Shown here: positions 12,309 through 24,884 of the stretch, one piece after another
Position numbering within the stretch: the first letter of the stretch is position 1
Layout of the letters: every line of letters starts with the position of its first letter
NCBI RefSeq assembly: GCF_000143415.4
Contig: NW_003314262.1
Coordinates: 3,668,405 to 3,732,404, forward strand
Length of the DNA: 64,000 bases
Origin: Selaginella moellendorffii
Lineage: Eukaryota; Plantae; Lycopodiophyta
Reading direction: 5' to 3'
The notes under the pieces: model-generated
The model's database searches: none
Seen by the model: only the letters and a program-made list of their open reading frames with translations
Told to the model about the DNA's origin: nothing
Position numbers and translations under genes: made by a program

Positions 12309-15300
12309 CTAGATGATGGTGACTCCGTGGTGGTACTTGTCTCGCCAGTAGTTCTGCTGGCCAATGGGGTTGTTGTTGGCGCAAGAAGAGCTGGTGGCCA
12401 TTGTCTTGATGCTCTGGATGTCGCCCTGGAGGTGGTGAATGGTGTTGTGGAGGTTGCCAATCTCCGCAACGAGCGGCTCATAGAATTCAGCGCGGACTGC
12501 GTTTCTGGTGTTGATGAAGGCGCCATCGCAGGAGAGGTGCTGGGCAATGTCCTGAGCCTGGGGAACGCGGCCTCGGATGGCCTGGCTGATGTCATGACTG
12601 GCACGGCGCTCCAGAGCCTCGAAGAGCTTGCGATGGAGGTATCCGGGATCTTGCATCTTGTCTTCGTGTTCTTGGCGGATTTCGTGGTCGAAGGAGGCTC
12701 TGTCTTTGCGTACCTGGGACTGGAGTGGAGGCATGGTGGATTGCTGGTGCGGCTGAGATGCTTGGACTGGTGGAGAAGGCGCTGAAGGCAAGCCGTAGGG
12801 TGCTGAAACTGAGTTGGGAGCTGGGTTCTTGATGGGGTCGGCCGGCGTGATTTGGGGCGTTGATTGCTGCTGAGGTGGCTGATGCTGAGCAAATGCAGAT
12901 GGATTGCGCTGATCTGTGGAGTTTGTTAAGATTTGACAGTGCTGAGTTGGCACGAATTTAATTATGGTCGTTGAATATGGACGGTCGAGATGAGGCGCTG
13001 TAATATTTGATGAAGAGCTCGGGTTTTTGCTGAATTTCAACGGGGCATCTGCTGTGGTGTTGAGAGTCGGATGTGCTGCTGATGGATGGAGAGGTTTAAC
13101 ATTGCCGGAGTTGACGTGCCCGCTGGAGATCTTGCTGTTGCTGGTGGTGATATTGTCTGGGTGATGGGAATCGTTGTTGTCGTGGTGCTGGTCGCCAGTG
13201 AAAGCTTCTGAGTTGTTGAAGATTGGTGTTGGAGAAGGTGAACGAGCTCGGGGTCGGCTTGGAATGGATTGGTGCTGGTGGGGTTCTGTGGTGTTTGTGG
13301 TGTCCCTGTTGGTGAGGACGACGTACTCCGTGCTGCGGTGGCAGTTCTTACGTTGAGGAGTTTGACGAAGCTTGTGGGGGCGAGGTGGTGGAGATTCTTC
13401 GTCGGATGAGGTGTCTTCGCTGCTGGTCTTGCTGGGGGTGGGGCTGGGTGGTGGATGATGCTTCGATGAGGAGGGTTGGGCTTTCTTCTTGTGCGGTGGT
13501 GAGGGCAGGGTCTCGGTCGATGCTGAGTCGTCATCGTCAGCGTGGCTGTGTTCAGTCGAGGAGCTGGTAGACCAGGGCTGCTTGTCAGGGTGGGCGGCGT
13601 GCAAAGCGATGAGCATCGGGAAGATCACGGTGGAGATGGTTTGGCCTCTCATAGGTTTCTCATTGATTTTCTTCAATTGCTTCGCCAGCATAGTGTTCAG
13701 GTGGCTGGCGACGTTGACTTGCTCTCCTCGGTCCATGGCATGATAGGCTTGGGTGGTAAGCTTGCTGATAGATTTGTCAGTGGGACGGAGGTCGTAGAGG
13801 AGGAGCAGGGCACGCAGCTTCTCCTGGTGTTCAGAAAGAACATCCTCCCACTTGGGCCCTTCTGTGGTTGGGGATGTGCCTGGCTTGAGGATGACCTTGG
13901 GAACCTCTTTGGGGAACTTGTCAAGTCCTTTTCGAGGGATCTTGAAAACTTTGCTGAGCAGGGCTGGCGTGATGGTGATGGTGTTGATGTCATCCGAGAT
14001 CGTGTTGCGGCTCTCGTCATACTTCTTGGCGAGCTTGCGGGCGAGGTGGTGATCGAATGGGGTTTTGAAGATCTCGAGGAGCTGGCCGAACCCCTGCTCG
14101 ACCAGCCATGCCGTGACTGCCTCGGTCGGAAGCTTGGGCAAGCTGTGGCAGACATACCTGAGGCATCTTGGGGGAATGGCTCTCATCTTGCGCTTGGGCA
14201 TTGTTGCTGGAGCTGGTGGGTCGCTGGAAAGGGTGCTGGCGAGCTGCTGTTGGCGACTTAGGTTTGTGTCCCATGAAACCTGGTGGGGTTTACTTTGAAC
14301 GGTGGCGATTGCGTGGCAAGATCTGAGGGCTGTGATCTGTTGTGGAGATGATGATCTGGCAGCTGAGATTGAGCGTTGTTGGACGGTGCAGATCTGATCT
14401 CGTGGAGTTGATCGGACGGTAGCTTGGGACTCAGCGTTTTGTGCCGAGTTGAGTGGCGACTGGAGGGTTGTCCAGGAGAAATTGCCGGTGATGGTTTCTG
14501 AGTAGCGTGTTGGCCATTGTTGATACCACGAGGCTTGCTGATTGTCGATGATGCTCATTGTGGTATCATCTGGTGTTACTTCTTGATACGGACGGCTGGT
14601 GTTGAGTGTTCGGTTCGAATGGCTGGGAGAGTGTTCGGGGAATCTCTCGGTTCCGGTGACGAGTTGCGGTCGGAAGTGTTGCTGAAAGGTGGTCTGGATG
14701 TTGCAGAGGTCGACGTAGTATGGTCGGAGCTTGTTGAGGTTGACAGTTTCAGTGAAGTCTCCGGCGAGGGTGGCGACTTTCGCTGTCGAGTTGGGGTAGA
14801 GTTCAGTGATAATGAAAGGTCCTTGCCACTTGGTTTTGAGCTTGTTGCCGAGCTGAGTGATTGGTCCTTGATACCAGAGTACATGATCGCCGGGAGAGTA
14901 CTTCGGAGTCTTGTTTTGAGCGAGTCTTCGGTCGTGCCGGGCTTTTCTTTGCTTCTGGATGGTGTGGAGGGTCCACAAGGCATTGAGTCGGAGCTCGTCG
15001 AGTTTCTCGAGTTCGAGGAGTCGTTGCCGGAAGATGTGTCGGGGATCTAGGTCGTACTTCACCGCGACACGCATGCTGGGAATGATGAACTCGATTGGTG
15101 TTATGGCTTCTATTCCGAAGGCGAGCTTGAACGGTGTCATGTCGGTGGTGATCTTGTATGCTGTCCGGTAGGCCCAGAGAATGTCTCCGAGTTTCTTGTC
15201 CCAATCTTTGCCGGAGTTGCTGATGACTTTCTTGAGAATTGTCTTGAGCGTCTTGTTGGTGGCTTCAGCTTGGCCGTTGCCTTGCGGGTAGTAGGGCGTT

Positions 15301-16070
15301 GATGTCTTGTGTCGGATCTGGAACTCTTCAGTAAGGTGTCCGATGGTTTCGTTGATGAAGTGGCTGCCGCAGTCGGTGACGAGTTCGAGTGGTGTTCCGA
15401 AGCGGGTGATGATGTTCTCGTAGATGAACTTGGCTGTTGCCTTGGCGGTTGCTTGTTTGAGTGGAGCTGCTTCAGCCCATTTGGTGGCGTAGTCGGTGGC
15501 GACAATGATGTACTGGTTCTTCCAGGCTGTGGTGATTTGGGGTCCGACAAAGTCGAGTCCCCATCTCTGGAAAGGCACAACCGGGAAGGTTGGGTTGAGC
15601 AGTTGACTCTGAGTTTTCGGTGGAAGTCGATTCCTCTGGCAGGTGTCACATTTCCGGCAGAAGTCTTCGGTGTCTCGCCATATTGTCGGCCACCAGAGTC
15701 CTGATTGGAGAATCTTCCGGACGGTCGTGTCGGAGGCGAAGTGGCCGCCGGACGGTCCAGAGTGTGCTTCGTTTATAAACCGGAGGGTGTCTGGAACTTT
15801 GATGCATCTTCTAAGTATGTTGTCGATGCCAAGTTTGTAGAGGCTGCCGCCGATGATGGAGTACCGGCGGGTTTTTGAGACAAAAGTCTTTCTCTAGTCT
15901 GGCGTTGTATATTGAGCTGGGACTTTTGCTGAGCTGAGGTAGGCGAAGATGTCGTCGAGCCATGTTGGTGGTACTGAAATTCGGAAAAGGTTGGAGTCGG
16001 GCAAATCGTCGGCGAGTTGATCGGGTGATTCTCCGGTGGTGATGCAGCTGAGGAAGTCGGCCTGTTCATG
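12309..16070 (-). CDS. Integrase with an in-frame ~800-aa C-terminal extension (PMD-like domain, S/P/T-rich linker, coiled coil); open over 12309-15578, with a stop further upstream
   Basis: EAHSGPSGGHF...CRKCDTC; PFQRWGLDFVGP, ATDYATKWAEA, LVTDCGSHF, YYPQGNGQAEATN; WQGPF. The ORF stays open to 12309. Confidence 0.85.
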
Positions 16071-16073
16071 CTG

Positions 16074-17639
16074 TCAGCCGGGCTTGTGGACAATTTCGAA
16101 GTTGTACTCTTGGAGTAGAAGGAACCATCTGGAAATTCGGCCGGAGAGTATGGGCTTGTTGATGAGGTAAAGGAGGGCCTTGTGGTCAACGAAGATGATG
16201 ACTTTGCTTGAAAGAATGTAGTGCCGAAACTTCTGGAGGGCGTATACCATGCCGAGGGCTTCTTTCTCGGTGGTGGTGTAGTTGCGTTCTGTCGAGGTGA
16301 GTAGTCTGCTTGCGTAGTAAATCGGCTGGTCTCGGTTGTCCTGCTGGGCTTGGCTAAGCACTGTGCCAGTGCCGATGTCAGAAGTGTCGACGTGGATATG
16401 GAACTCTTTAGTCCAGTCTGGTTTGGCGAGTATTGGTGCGGTAGTGAGCTTGAGCTTGAGGTTGTCAAATGCTGCCTGCTGGATGTCCGACCAGATCCAC
16501 TGGGCGTCGAGCCAGAGGCCGTCGGTGAGAGGTTTGGCGATGTCAGCGTACTTGTGGATGAATCTTCGGTGGTATCCGATCTTGCCGAGAAATACCGGCA
16601 AGATTTCTTGCCGAGAAATACCGGTGAGAGGCCGACTTCGGAGGTCCTTCTGGTTCTTTGGCGGTTCGAGCTGAAGTATGACTTTGACTTTGTCCTTGTC
16701 AATGAGTATGCCGTCTTTGCAGACAATGTGGCCGAGAAGTACTCCGGACTTGATGAAGAAAGCGCATTTCTCGGGGTTGAGGGCGATGTTGTTTTCTTCG
16801 CACTTCTCGAGGCATTTCTCGAGGCACTCGAGATGGCGGTCTTCAGAGCTGAAGACACTGAAGTCGTCCATGAAGACTTGCATGAAGTCGGTGAGGTAGT
16901 CTCGGAAGGTGTTGGTGACGAGTCGCTGGAAAGTGAAGGGTGCATTACAGAGGCCGAAAGGCATTCTTCGGTAGGCGTATGCTCCCCATGGGCTGATGAA
17001 TGCTGTCTTGTGCTGGTCTTCGGGGGCGATGGTGATCTGGTTGTAGCCGGAAAATCCGTCGAGGAAGGAGTACATTTCGTGTCCGGCAACTGCGTCGAGA
17101 ACTTCGTCGGTGAAGGGTATCGGGAAGATATCTTTGTCGGTGACGTTGTTGAGCTGCTTGTAGTTGACACAGATTCGGAGCTTGCCGTTTTTCTTCGGCA
17201 CAATGACTAGAGGAGACAACCAGATCGGATTCTGGATCGGGTAGATGTATTCGACTTCGAGGAGTTTGTCGAGCTCCTTCTTGACTTGCTCCATGAGGTT
17301 TGGGTTCATCCGATAAGGTGCCTGTCGCTTCGGCCGGGCATTTGGGAGGAGGGTGATGGTGTGCAGACATAAGTCTGGTGAGACTCCTTTCAGGTCTTTG
17401 TAGCTCCAAGCAAACAAGTGCTTTTTATTCTGGAGGAGTCTCAGGCCTTTGTTCCGGAAACTCTCAGAGATGTCTTTGGCGAGGATGATGTGATGCTGAT
17501 TCTGGTCGATGGCAAGGTTGATCTTCTCGAGAGGTTGGTTGGTCGGTATTGTCGGGATATAGGCGACTTTCTGGTCGGAGTCGACAATGAATGCTGGCTG
17601 AGTAGCGATGGTGGTGTCTCTGGTTGTCGGGTTCTTCAA
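16074..17639 (-). pseudogene. Reverse transcriptase / RNase H of the Selgy-like element
   Basis: WLSPLVIVPKKNGKLRICV, FLDGFSGYNQI, MPFGLCNAP, FMDDF, HVDTSDIG, NYTTTEKEALG. Flanked by premature stops. Confidence 0.92.
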
Positions 17640-17663
17640 TGCTTCAGTAAGCTGGGGTCGCTC

Positions 17664-18968
17664 TCAGCTGAAGTCGGCTGCTACTCTAAAGATGTCAATT
17701 TCGGCGAGAGGTTCGAGGTTGGGGTAGGCTTGGAGTATTTGCTGTTCTTCATAGTCGTCGAGGCCGGTTTCGAGGTCATAGTCTTCGAGGTCGACCGGTC
17801 GGATGTTCGTCGGAAGGTGTTTCGACGAGTTTGTCGAGACTGTTACTGGACCTTGCGAGCCTTGGAGGAAGATCTGATTGGTCGACCAGTTGTGCATTGC
17901 TCGAGCGTGTTTGAGCCACGGGCGTCCGAGGAGGACTGCGTAGCCATCGGAGTCCTTCGGAAGCTTGAGGATGACATAGTTGACTGGAACTCTGATGCCT
18001 CTGATATTGGTGATGACATTCCGGATAATTCCTCGGGGTCGGACTGATCGGTGGTCGGCCATTCGGACGTTAAATGGTGCTGGCTCAACTGGACCGAGGT
18101 TGATTTGTCAGACGAGACTCTCTTCGATGATGTTGACGCCAGAGCCGCCGTCAAGCATGGCTCCTCGGACTTGGTGTCGGCCGATTCGGAGGTCGATGGT
18201 TGGAACTTCATTGTCGCAGTCTCCGGGTTGTATCTCAGCTTGAAAGGCGTCGACAGTGTCCTTGCTGGTATTTAGTGCTGGGGCGTCCGTTGGAGGTGTG
18301 TCCGGAGGGTTAGTCAGACTTACCAGTTGGTTGACGAGATATGGAGCAATCTTCAGAAGCTGGCCGACAGTGATCTGGATGTTTTGGGTGAGGATGGATT
18401 CGGCGACAGTTGTATCTCCAATTGAGTTGGCCAAGAGTTGTGCCGGTAAAGCTGTCGGCTGGTTTCTCGGTTGCTGTGTGCTTGACTTGGGCTGTTCTTC
18501 GTCTTCGGAGTCGAGAATGACTAGTTTGGGTGGCTGTTGAGTAAGGTGATTTTGTACTTTGGCAGCTAGCTGTCGGCGTGTCTTCCACTCTGGGGTTTGT
18601 TTCGGGCGCTCTGAGCCTGTGTCATCTTCGGTGTTTGAGTCTTTATCCGGTCGTTGTTGATGCTGTGCTCGAAGTTGTGCTCGAGTCTGGACTGCCAGAA
18701 CTTGTGGTTCTGGGTCTTCTTCGGGAAATGGGAGTTCGTCGGCTTCGATGAGTCTGGTTGCCGGTGGTTGCTGTTGCTGTTGGTCTGGCTGTCTGGGTGG
18801 CGGCGGTCCGAGTCTCGGAGGGCCAGGCTGGTCTGGGATTCGGCGTTGCCATGGGTGGCTGTTGTAGTTGCCTTGATATCTCTGGTCTTGATAGCCTTGA
18901 TATCGGTTGTAGCCTTGATACCCTTGATTCTGGTAGCGTGGATAGGCTTGGCTGTTGTTGTAGTCCAT
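17664..18968 (-). pseudogene. Gag C-terminus / aspartic protease of the Selgy-like element
   Basis: AMLDGGSGVNII and AVLLGRPWL, interrupted by an in-frame stop at 18108. Confidence 0.85.
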
Positions 18969-19016
18969 CTGGTTTTGTCGGTATTGCTGGTATGGCTGGT
19001 TGTTGGGTTGTTGGTA

Positions 19017-20801
19017 TCAGTCATTGAAGTAGGGTCGGTTGTTGTAGTTGTTGTTGAATCTCGGTGGTGCGTTCCATTGTCGCGGTAGGTAGTTGTTCCG
19101 GGGCGGGCGCCAGTTGTTCGGATGTGTGGCCGGATATTGTGTCGAATACTTAGGTTGTCGGGGAGGTCTCCGGGGGAAGTTGGAGATTTGTCGGACTTCA
19201 GGTTGGCTGCGGAATCTGCATGTCTTGGCGTCATGGTTGTCTTTCCCGCAGATTTGGCACTTGACAATCTGGAGTTTGCAGTCGGTGGCTGAGTGTCCTT
19301 CATTCTTGCATTTTGTGCACCAAACGCCGGTTTGGACATCGGATTTGTCGCCGGATGTGGTGAATTTGGTGAGGAGCTTCTGGATCTTTCGGATGCCGAC
19401 TTTGTCCTTGGACTTGCTGGTGAGGCTGTCGAGGAGGTCGTCCTCATCTTCCTCGGAGTCAGAGTCTTCCGGTTCATCAACTCGTGCAGTTTGTCGGCGT
19501 ATTTGAACTTCTTTCAAGTCTTTGGAAAGAGTCTTGTAATCGCTGGTGTCGATTTTGGTGGCGGCTTTCTTCAAGTGTGAAGCTAGTCCCTGCATGTACC
19601 ACTGGTATAAAAGTATGTCAGTAGAAGAGCTCTTGCAGCGGTTGGCGTGTTTGGTGAATTGTTCGGTGTATTCTTCAAGAGTTTCGCCAGTACGCATCTT
19701 GATGTTCTGTATCTTCTGAAGCTTCTCTGACTGGCTGAGTGCTGACTTGAAGTGGTCAGTGAAGGCTTTGGTGAGCTCGTCGAAGGTGAGTTTCGGGTCG
19801 GTCGTCTGAAGCCATTCTCCGGCGCATCCTTTGAGGGTGCAGCCGAAGAGGAATGCGAGGTTGTCTTGCTGGCCGTTGACTCGGGCGGCCTCCTTGAAGC
19901 GAATGACGTGCTTTTCTGGGTCTTCAGTCTTCTTTCCTTTGAATTGTGGGTAGCTGACAAGCTTGCCGATGACCGTGTTGGGGAGTACCATTGTCATGGT
20001 GACGATGTCTGGGGGAATGTCTGGTAGACTGTGTGGCAGAGGGTTCGGTGGAGCGTTTAGCGGGACGTGTGTCGGAGCAGTTGGTGGAGTGTTCTGTAAG
20101 TCCGGTTGCTGAAGATCGATGTCTGGTTCTGGTTGTTGGTGGGGTCTGCTGAACGCCTGGTCGAAAAGTTGGTCAAGTGTGTATTTGGAGGATTGGCCGA
20201 ACTCGTATTGCTGGTGATGTGCTGGTCGATCGTCTGGGTCGACAATGTATATCGGACGGAGGCCGTAGTCGACTGAGTTGAGCTTTGGGGAGTCTGGTTG
20301 TTGCTGGAAGTTGTAGAAGTCCGGTGCGGAGGCGAATGGTGTGGTCGAGGTAGGAGCTGATACTGGTGTCGAAAACAGTGTGCCGAGGACTGCTGGTGAA
20401 GCTGTCGGTACAGTCCAGGAGAAATAAGTTCTTGGGTTGGTCTGTCCTCGGAAGAGTGGGTTGTGGAAGCTGTGCTGGGGAGTGTGCTGAACTTCTGGCT
20501 GGGTCTCTAGCGGGTTCTCCGGTGCTGCAGTCGGAGAAGCAGGCGGTGTCCTAAAATTCTGGTAGCCTTCTAAAATCTTTCCGGCGTCTTCACCGGCTGC
20601 AATTTTGGGAAACAATTCATCAGTAATGTACCTTTCTCTTTCAGAAACTTGTACAAAGTGGGACCACTGGGTGGCTTTTTCTTTTCTCTCTTTCTCTAGT
20701 CTTTTCAACTCTCGCTGGAGGTGTCGTTGAAGTCTTTCGGTGTCTTCTTGTTGTTTGCTGGCTGCTTTCCTCGGCTTGTTCATGCGGCTCTCTTCGGCCA
20801 T
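19017..20801 (-). CDS. Gag with two CCHC zinc knuckles
   Basis: 594-aa ORF with FKGKKTEDPEKHV capsid-like region, CTKCKNEGHSATDC and CQICGKDNHDAKTC. Confidence 0.88.
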   Translation of the reverse strand: MAEESRMNKPRKAASKQQEDTERLQRHLQRELKRLEKERKEKATQWSHFVQVSERERYITDELFPKIAAGEDAGKILEGYQNFRTPPASPTAAPENPLETQPEVQHTPQHSFHNPLFRGQTNPRTYFSWTVPTASPAVLGTLFSTPVSAPTSTTPFASAPDFYNFQQQPDSPKLNSVDYGLRPIYIVDPDDRPAHHQQYEFGQSSKYTLDQLFDQAFSRPHQQPEPDIDLQQPDLQNTPPTAPTHVPLNAPPNPLPHSLPDIPPDIVTMTMVLPNTVIGKLVSYPQFKGKKTEDPEKHVIRFKEAARVNGQQDNLAFLFGCTLKGCAGEWLQTTDPKLTFDELTKAFTDHFKSALSQSEKLQKIQNIKMRTGETLEEYTEQFTKHANRCKSSSTDILLYQWYMQGLASHLKKAATKIDTSDYKTLSKDLKEVQIRRQTARVDEPEDSDSEEDEDDLLDSLTSKSKDKVGIRKIQKLLTKFTTSGDKSDVQTGVWCTKCKNEGHSATDCKLQIVKCQICGKDNHDAKTCRFRSQPEVRQISNFPRRPPRQPKYSTQYPATHPNNWRPPRNNYLPRQWNAPPRFNNNYNNRPYFND

Positions 20802-22177
20802 GGGTTCTTGTACACTAAAACTATCTTGGATGTTGGTATCTCGGGGATGAAGGTCTTCATCAAACTCTCGACTTGGTTATCGGTGATGGTGTCGGGTATC
20901 TGGCTGAATGTCGAATCAATGTCATATCTTCAGGCCTGTAGCGTCGAAGCTAGTCTCCGGCAGTAATTATTGTATAATCTTCTAAAGGTTACTATGCAAA
21001 GATGAAAGATGTGGTGAATTTGATGTCAGTCAATTGAACAAAGTGTGTTGCCGGAAGAAGGTTGCAAATCTTCTGCCGGATGATCTCTTGGAGCTTATCG
21101 GGGAGTTGACTGATTCGGTGTAGTAGTGATTGGAGAGCTGTCATGCAGGTCGGTCAAAGAAGTTGTTGGGATGTCGTCCGGGCTGGTGTTTGGGCGCTCA
21201 GAGGAAAACTCGTCCGGAAGTGGGTAGCAGTTGTACTCCAGGAGTTTCTTCTTCGTTTCTTTCTTCGGCGTGGGTTTGTCGGTGGAGTCTCCAATCGATT
21301 TGTTGACACGAGGTGCTGAGTGCAGGCTGGTCTTCCAGGTGCCGGTGCCGAGATGAAGCTCGACAAAGAGTTTTGGATAGTTGGACTGGTTGGGGTGATC
21401 AGAACCACTTTCGTCGTCAATGGTCTTGAGGCCAGCGTACTCGATGGCGTGGTCGAACAGAGTCTTGGCAGCGTGGAGATTAGCGTCATGTCATCGTTGG
21501 ATGATGTTCTTGGTGCTGGTTTGGGCGCTCAGTCGGAGAGTCTGTCATAAGATTGTCGGTGCGTTCAGGAGCTTTCCTTCAGTGACTTGGCCGATTCCGG
21601 GATAGAGTGTCGGAGGCTCGTCGTAAGAGAACGTGCGACAGATGTGTGGAAGAAGCGTTGGTCGGGAAGATCTGTTGCCGGAATTCTTGCTGTTCTTTTG
21701 TCTGGTCGGTAAAGCAGAGCTGTTGTCGGAGAAGAGTTTGGAGGCTCTGCCGGCGAGTTCTCTGGCTTGCAGCCGGTGTTCTTCTGCTCGAATTCGGAGT
21801 TGGGCTCTCAGATTGCTGGTCGGAGAAGATCTCGGAGGAGATGCTCGGGCTTGCTGTCGGTTCCTCGGTGCTGGCCGGTGAAGAGTTCGGTGCTGATGTT
21901 GGGGTTGATGGCAAAGGTCTTCTTCTCCTCGTTCGGATAGAGCGCTAGGAGGTCTCGTTGAAAGATCTTTAATTTCTTCGAAAATTTGTTGGTGTAGTTT
22001 TCTTCCTCTAGTAGTCGCTGCAGCAAGGCGTGTTCCGGGTACCCATGTTGGTGGTGGCATACTCGATGTGGAGAGAAAGAGTGGTTCTTGAAGTTCTTGA
22101 ATCTCTGCACACAAGAAAATTTCAAAAAATGCAAATGGTTACCAGATTCTCGTTCCTTGATCTCTCTCAACGATCCA

Positions 22178-22194
22178 TCCCACTGTGGTCGCCA
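22178..22194 (-). promoter_or_regulatory. Primer-binding site complementary to the tRNA-Arg(UCG) 3' end
   Basis: TGGCGACCACAGTGGGA, 2 nt from the 5' LTR. It matches the plant tRNA-Arg 3' end ...TCCCACTGTGGTCGCCA as I recall it. Confidence 0.8.
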
Positions 22195-22571
22195 AATGTT
22201 TAATGGTAAAATGTGAGATGGATGAGAATGCTGCTACCGCTAGAACTCGATCTGAGAGCTGGCGCCTAATCTCCGGAGGTCGCCAGCTGAGGAGGGGTGC
22301 AAGAAGTGGTGGATCGGCGGGGAGAGAGACTCAAGTCAAAGATAATGCAAATAGAGGGTGCGATTCAGGAGTCTTGAAGTACAATGGAATGGGAAAGGAG
22401 ATGGGGAACCCTAGCTGCGCTGGGGTCTCTCAAAACCACTCTCTTGTTGGCGGTTCTAACTGCCAGCATATGCCTAGAATAGAAATAAACTAGTAGTCAT
22501 TTGAACCTGGCTTTCAGTCGTGAGTGGAGCTGCTCCTGGGCGTGCATGTGTTAGGGGAGGTTTCCAAACTC

Positions 22572-24856
22572 CTTGTCCCGAGTAAGCCAATTCTGTTGTG
22601 TGGAATCAAACTTTTAACTTATGTAGGCAAGAGGATGCCCATAGTTGTTTACCACAACTACATTAGCTATTTTGGTAAGTCAAGTGCTCATCTAGATCAG
22701 ATCCTCAACTCTTTGAGGAAAACCTTATAAACTTGAAGCAAGATGGCTCCAATAGCAATGTTACTTGTATCTGTCTCGACCACAAGAGGCTTCTCAAGAT
22801 TAAAAATCTTCAACACAAGAGCAAAGGTACAATATTGCTTCAAATGTTGAAATGCCACTTGACACTTCTCGTCCCAACCATGAATAGTAGCATGTTTCAA
22901 TGTATTCTGAAGATCGGTCAAGGGTGTTATTATCTCTGAATAATCCTTCACAAATTGTTGAAAAACTCTAGCCATACCAATGTACTAAAATCAAATGCTC
23001 GAGATATTCAATCTCCTCTAAGAAAAACTCACACTTTAATAACTTTGAGTAGAGTTTGTTGTCCCTTAAAAGTTGTAAAACACTTCGCACATACATCTCA
23101 TGATCCTCCATTGAAGAGCTAAATACTAGGATATCATCAAAATAATCAATTGCAAACTTTCCCAAGTAAGGTTGTAGAACTTGATTCATCAATCTTTAAA
23201 AAGTTGCAAGAGCATTTGTCAAACCAAACAATATCACCAAAAACTTGTATGACTCATCCTTGTTTGAAATGCAATTTTCAAAACATCCTCTAGCTTGATA
23301 AAAATCTGATGATACCCTTACCTCAAATCAATCTTTGAAAAATATCAAGCACCTCAAAGACGATTGAGCAAATCATCGATACGAGGGATTGGGAATATAT
23401 TCTTCACTGCCCTATCACTCAATCCCTTGTAATTCACATAAAAATGCTATATACCATCTTTCTTCTTGACTATCAGCACTGAAGTAGCCCAAGGAGACTT
23501 GTTGATTCATAACCAACCACCCTTTTCGAAAGTATTCAGTAAACTACTTATTAATCTCCTCATCTTCAGTAGGACTAATATGAGTTAATTGACGCTAATA
23601 AGGAGTAGCTCCAGGAACCAAGTCAATCTCATGCTGAATTCCATGTTCGGGAGGCAAACCATTAAGCAACTTATCAGAAAATACATCATGGAACTCCTGC
23701 TGAATGGAATCTACCTGAGCCCTATACCCACGAATGTACTCCAAATCAAACATGATCATATTAAAAAGAAATGGGTACACCATGAAAGAACTAACTATCT
23801 CATGCGTGCATGTCACCAACTCCAAAGCGTTAATCAATGGAGTATCACCATTGTCTATCCCGACAATCTCTTTCATAGTGCCACCAACTTTAATATGCAG
23901 AATATTATGCTCCCAATCAATCCTTGGCCTCCTTTCATAAAACTATTCCTTCCCAAGAATAATGTTTGTGTGATCAAGATCCATAACCTAGAACGAAGGA
24001 TGGTCAAGAATCCCCTAAACCGTCAGAGGAACACTCAGAGCCTATTCACCGTAAACACAAGTGTTATATCCATCTACCATAACCACCTTATAGATTACTA
24101 AACTCTTTTCCATAGGCAAACCAAGCTTCTTCACCACCTTGGAACTCAAAATGTTGTGAGTAGCACTTGGATCAAAAAGAATACTAACAATAGTACCTTG
24201 AATGTCCCCTTTGGCTTTCACAAGCTGATTGCACATAGAACCATTAATCTCTATAGAGTTGATATGCACTTGAGACTTAAATTCTTAAATTCTTAGGGAC
24301 TAGACGACATTGCCATATGGTGTGGAAGAGCCACCATAGTAGATGTTTGAGCTGTATCCATGATGAATTCCACCACATTCACCTTAACATTCTTTGATCC
24401 CTTCACAAGAGGACAATCCTTGCTGTGATGTCCAACCTTGTGACAACAAAATTAATTGCCCTTCACCTTATCCTTCTCTCCCTAGTCCAAATGATGTCTT
24501 TTGGCCTCATTATTATCTCCACTCTTCAAGCCACAACAAAACAATAGCCATTTCTTCCTAGAAGATGAAGTATTGGCAGGTTGGTCATCACTTTGACTAC
24601 CCTGTAAACCATCCTGTTGACAAGAGTTGACCAAGTTGACTAACAATTTGGGTAAAAAGATCTAAGCCTTAGTGATAGCATCAGTCACAATTGCTGGAAA
24701 ATCTTTCTTGACCTTTTGCTGTATATCTACATATTCAATCCTTTGATAAAACATTGCACTTTTAACAGCTCATTATAGGTGCTCGTGAGATTAAAACAAA
24801 GATCATGAAACTTGCGGGCATACACATCCAAAGACAAAGTCTACTACTAGATCTCT
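22572..24856 (-). pseudogene. RNase H, RT, protease and gag remnants of the host chromovirus
   Basis: KPLVVETDTSNIAIGAILLQ; YLGKFAIDYFDDILVFS; LPPEHGIQHEIDLVPG; ILFDPSATHN. Confidence 0.88.
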
Positions 24857-24860
24857 AATA

Positions 24861-24884
24861 AAGCTCTATTTCGTTAAAGTGGGA
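24861..24884 (+). repeat. Left TIR of the Sola-like transposon
   Basis: Exact reverse complement of 37176-37199. Confidence 0.95.

Larger units (their letters stand above)
11713..22566 (-). mobile_element. Full-length non-chromovirus Ty3/gypsy element (Selgy/Athila-Tat-like), 10.85 kb, TSD AACTC
   Basis: 370-bp LTRs at 11713-12082 and 22197-22566 (about 9 transitions apart), AACTC at 11708-11712 and 22567-22571, PPT AAGCAGGGGGCAG, and a tRNA-Arg PBS. Confidence 0.93.

Noticed and set aside
12285-20027. Many plus-strand ORFs (e.g. 13542-14261, 16350-17210, 17418-18047)
   Set aside because: Antisense shadows of the GC-rich minus-strand gag-pol, with no motifs of their own.
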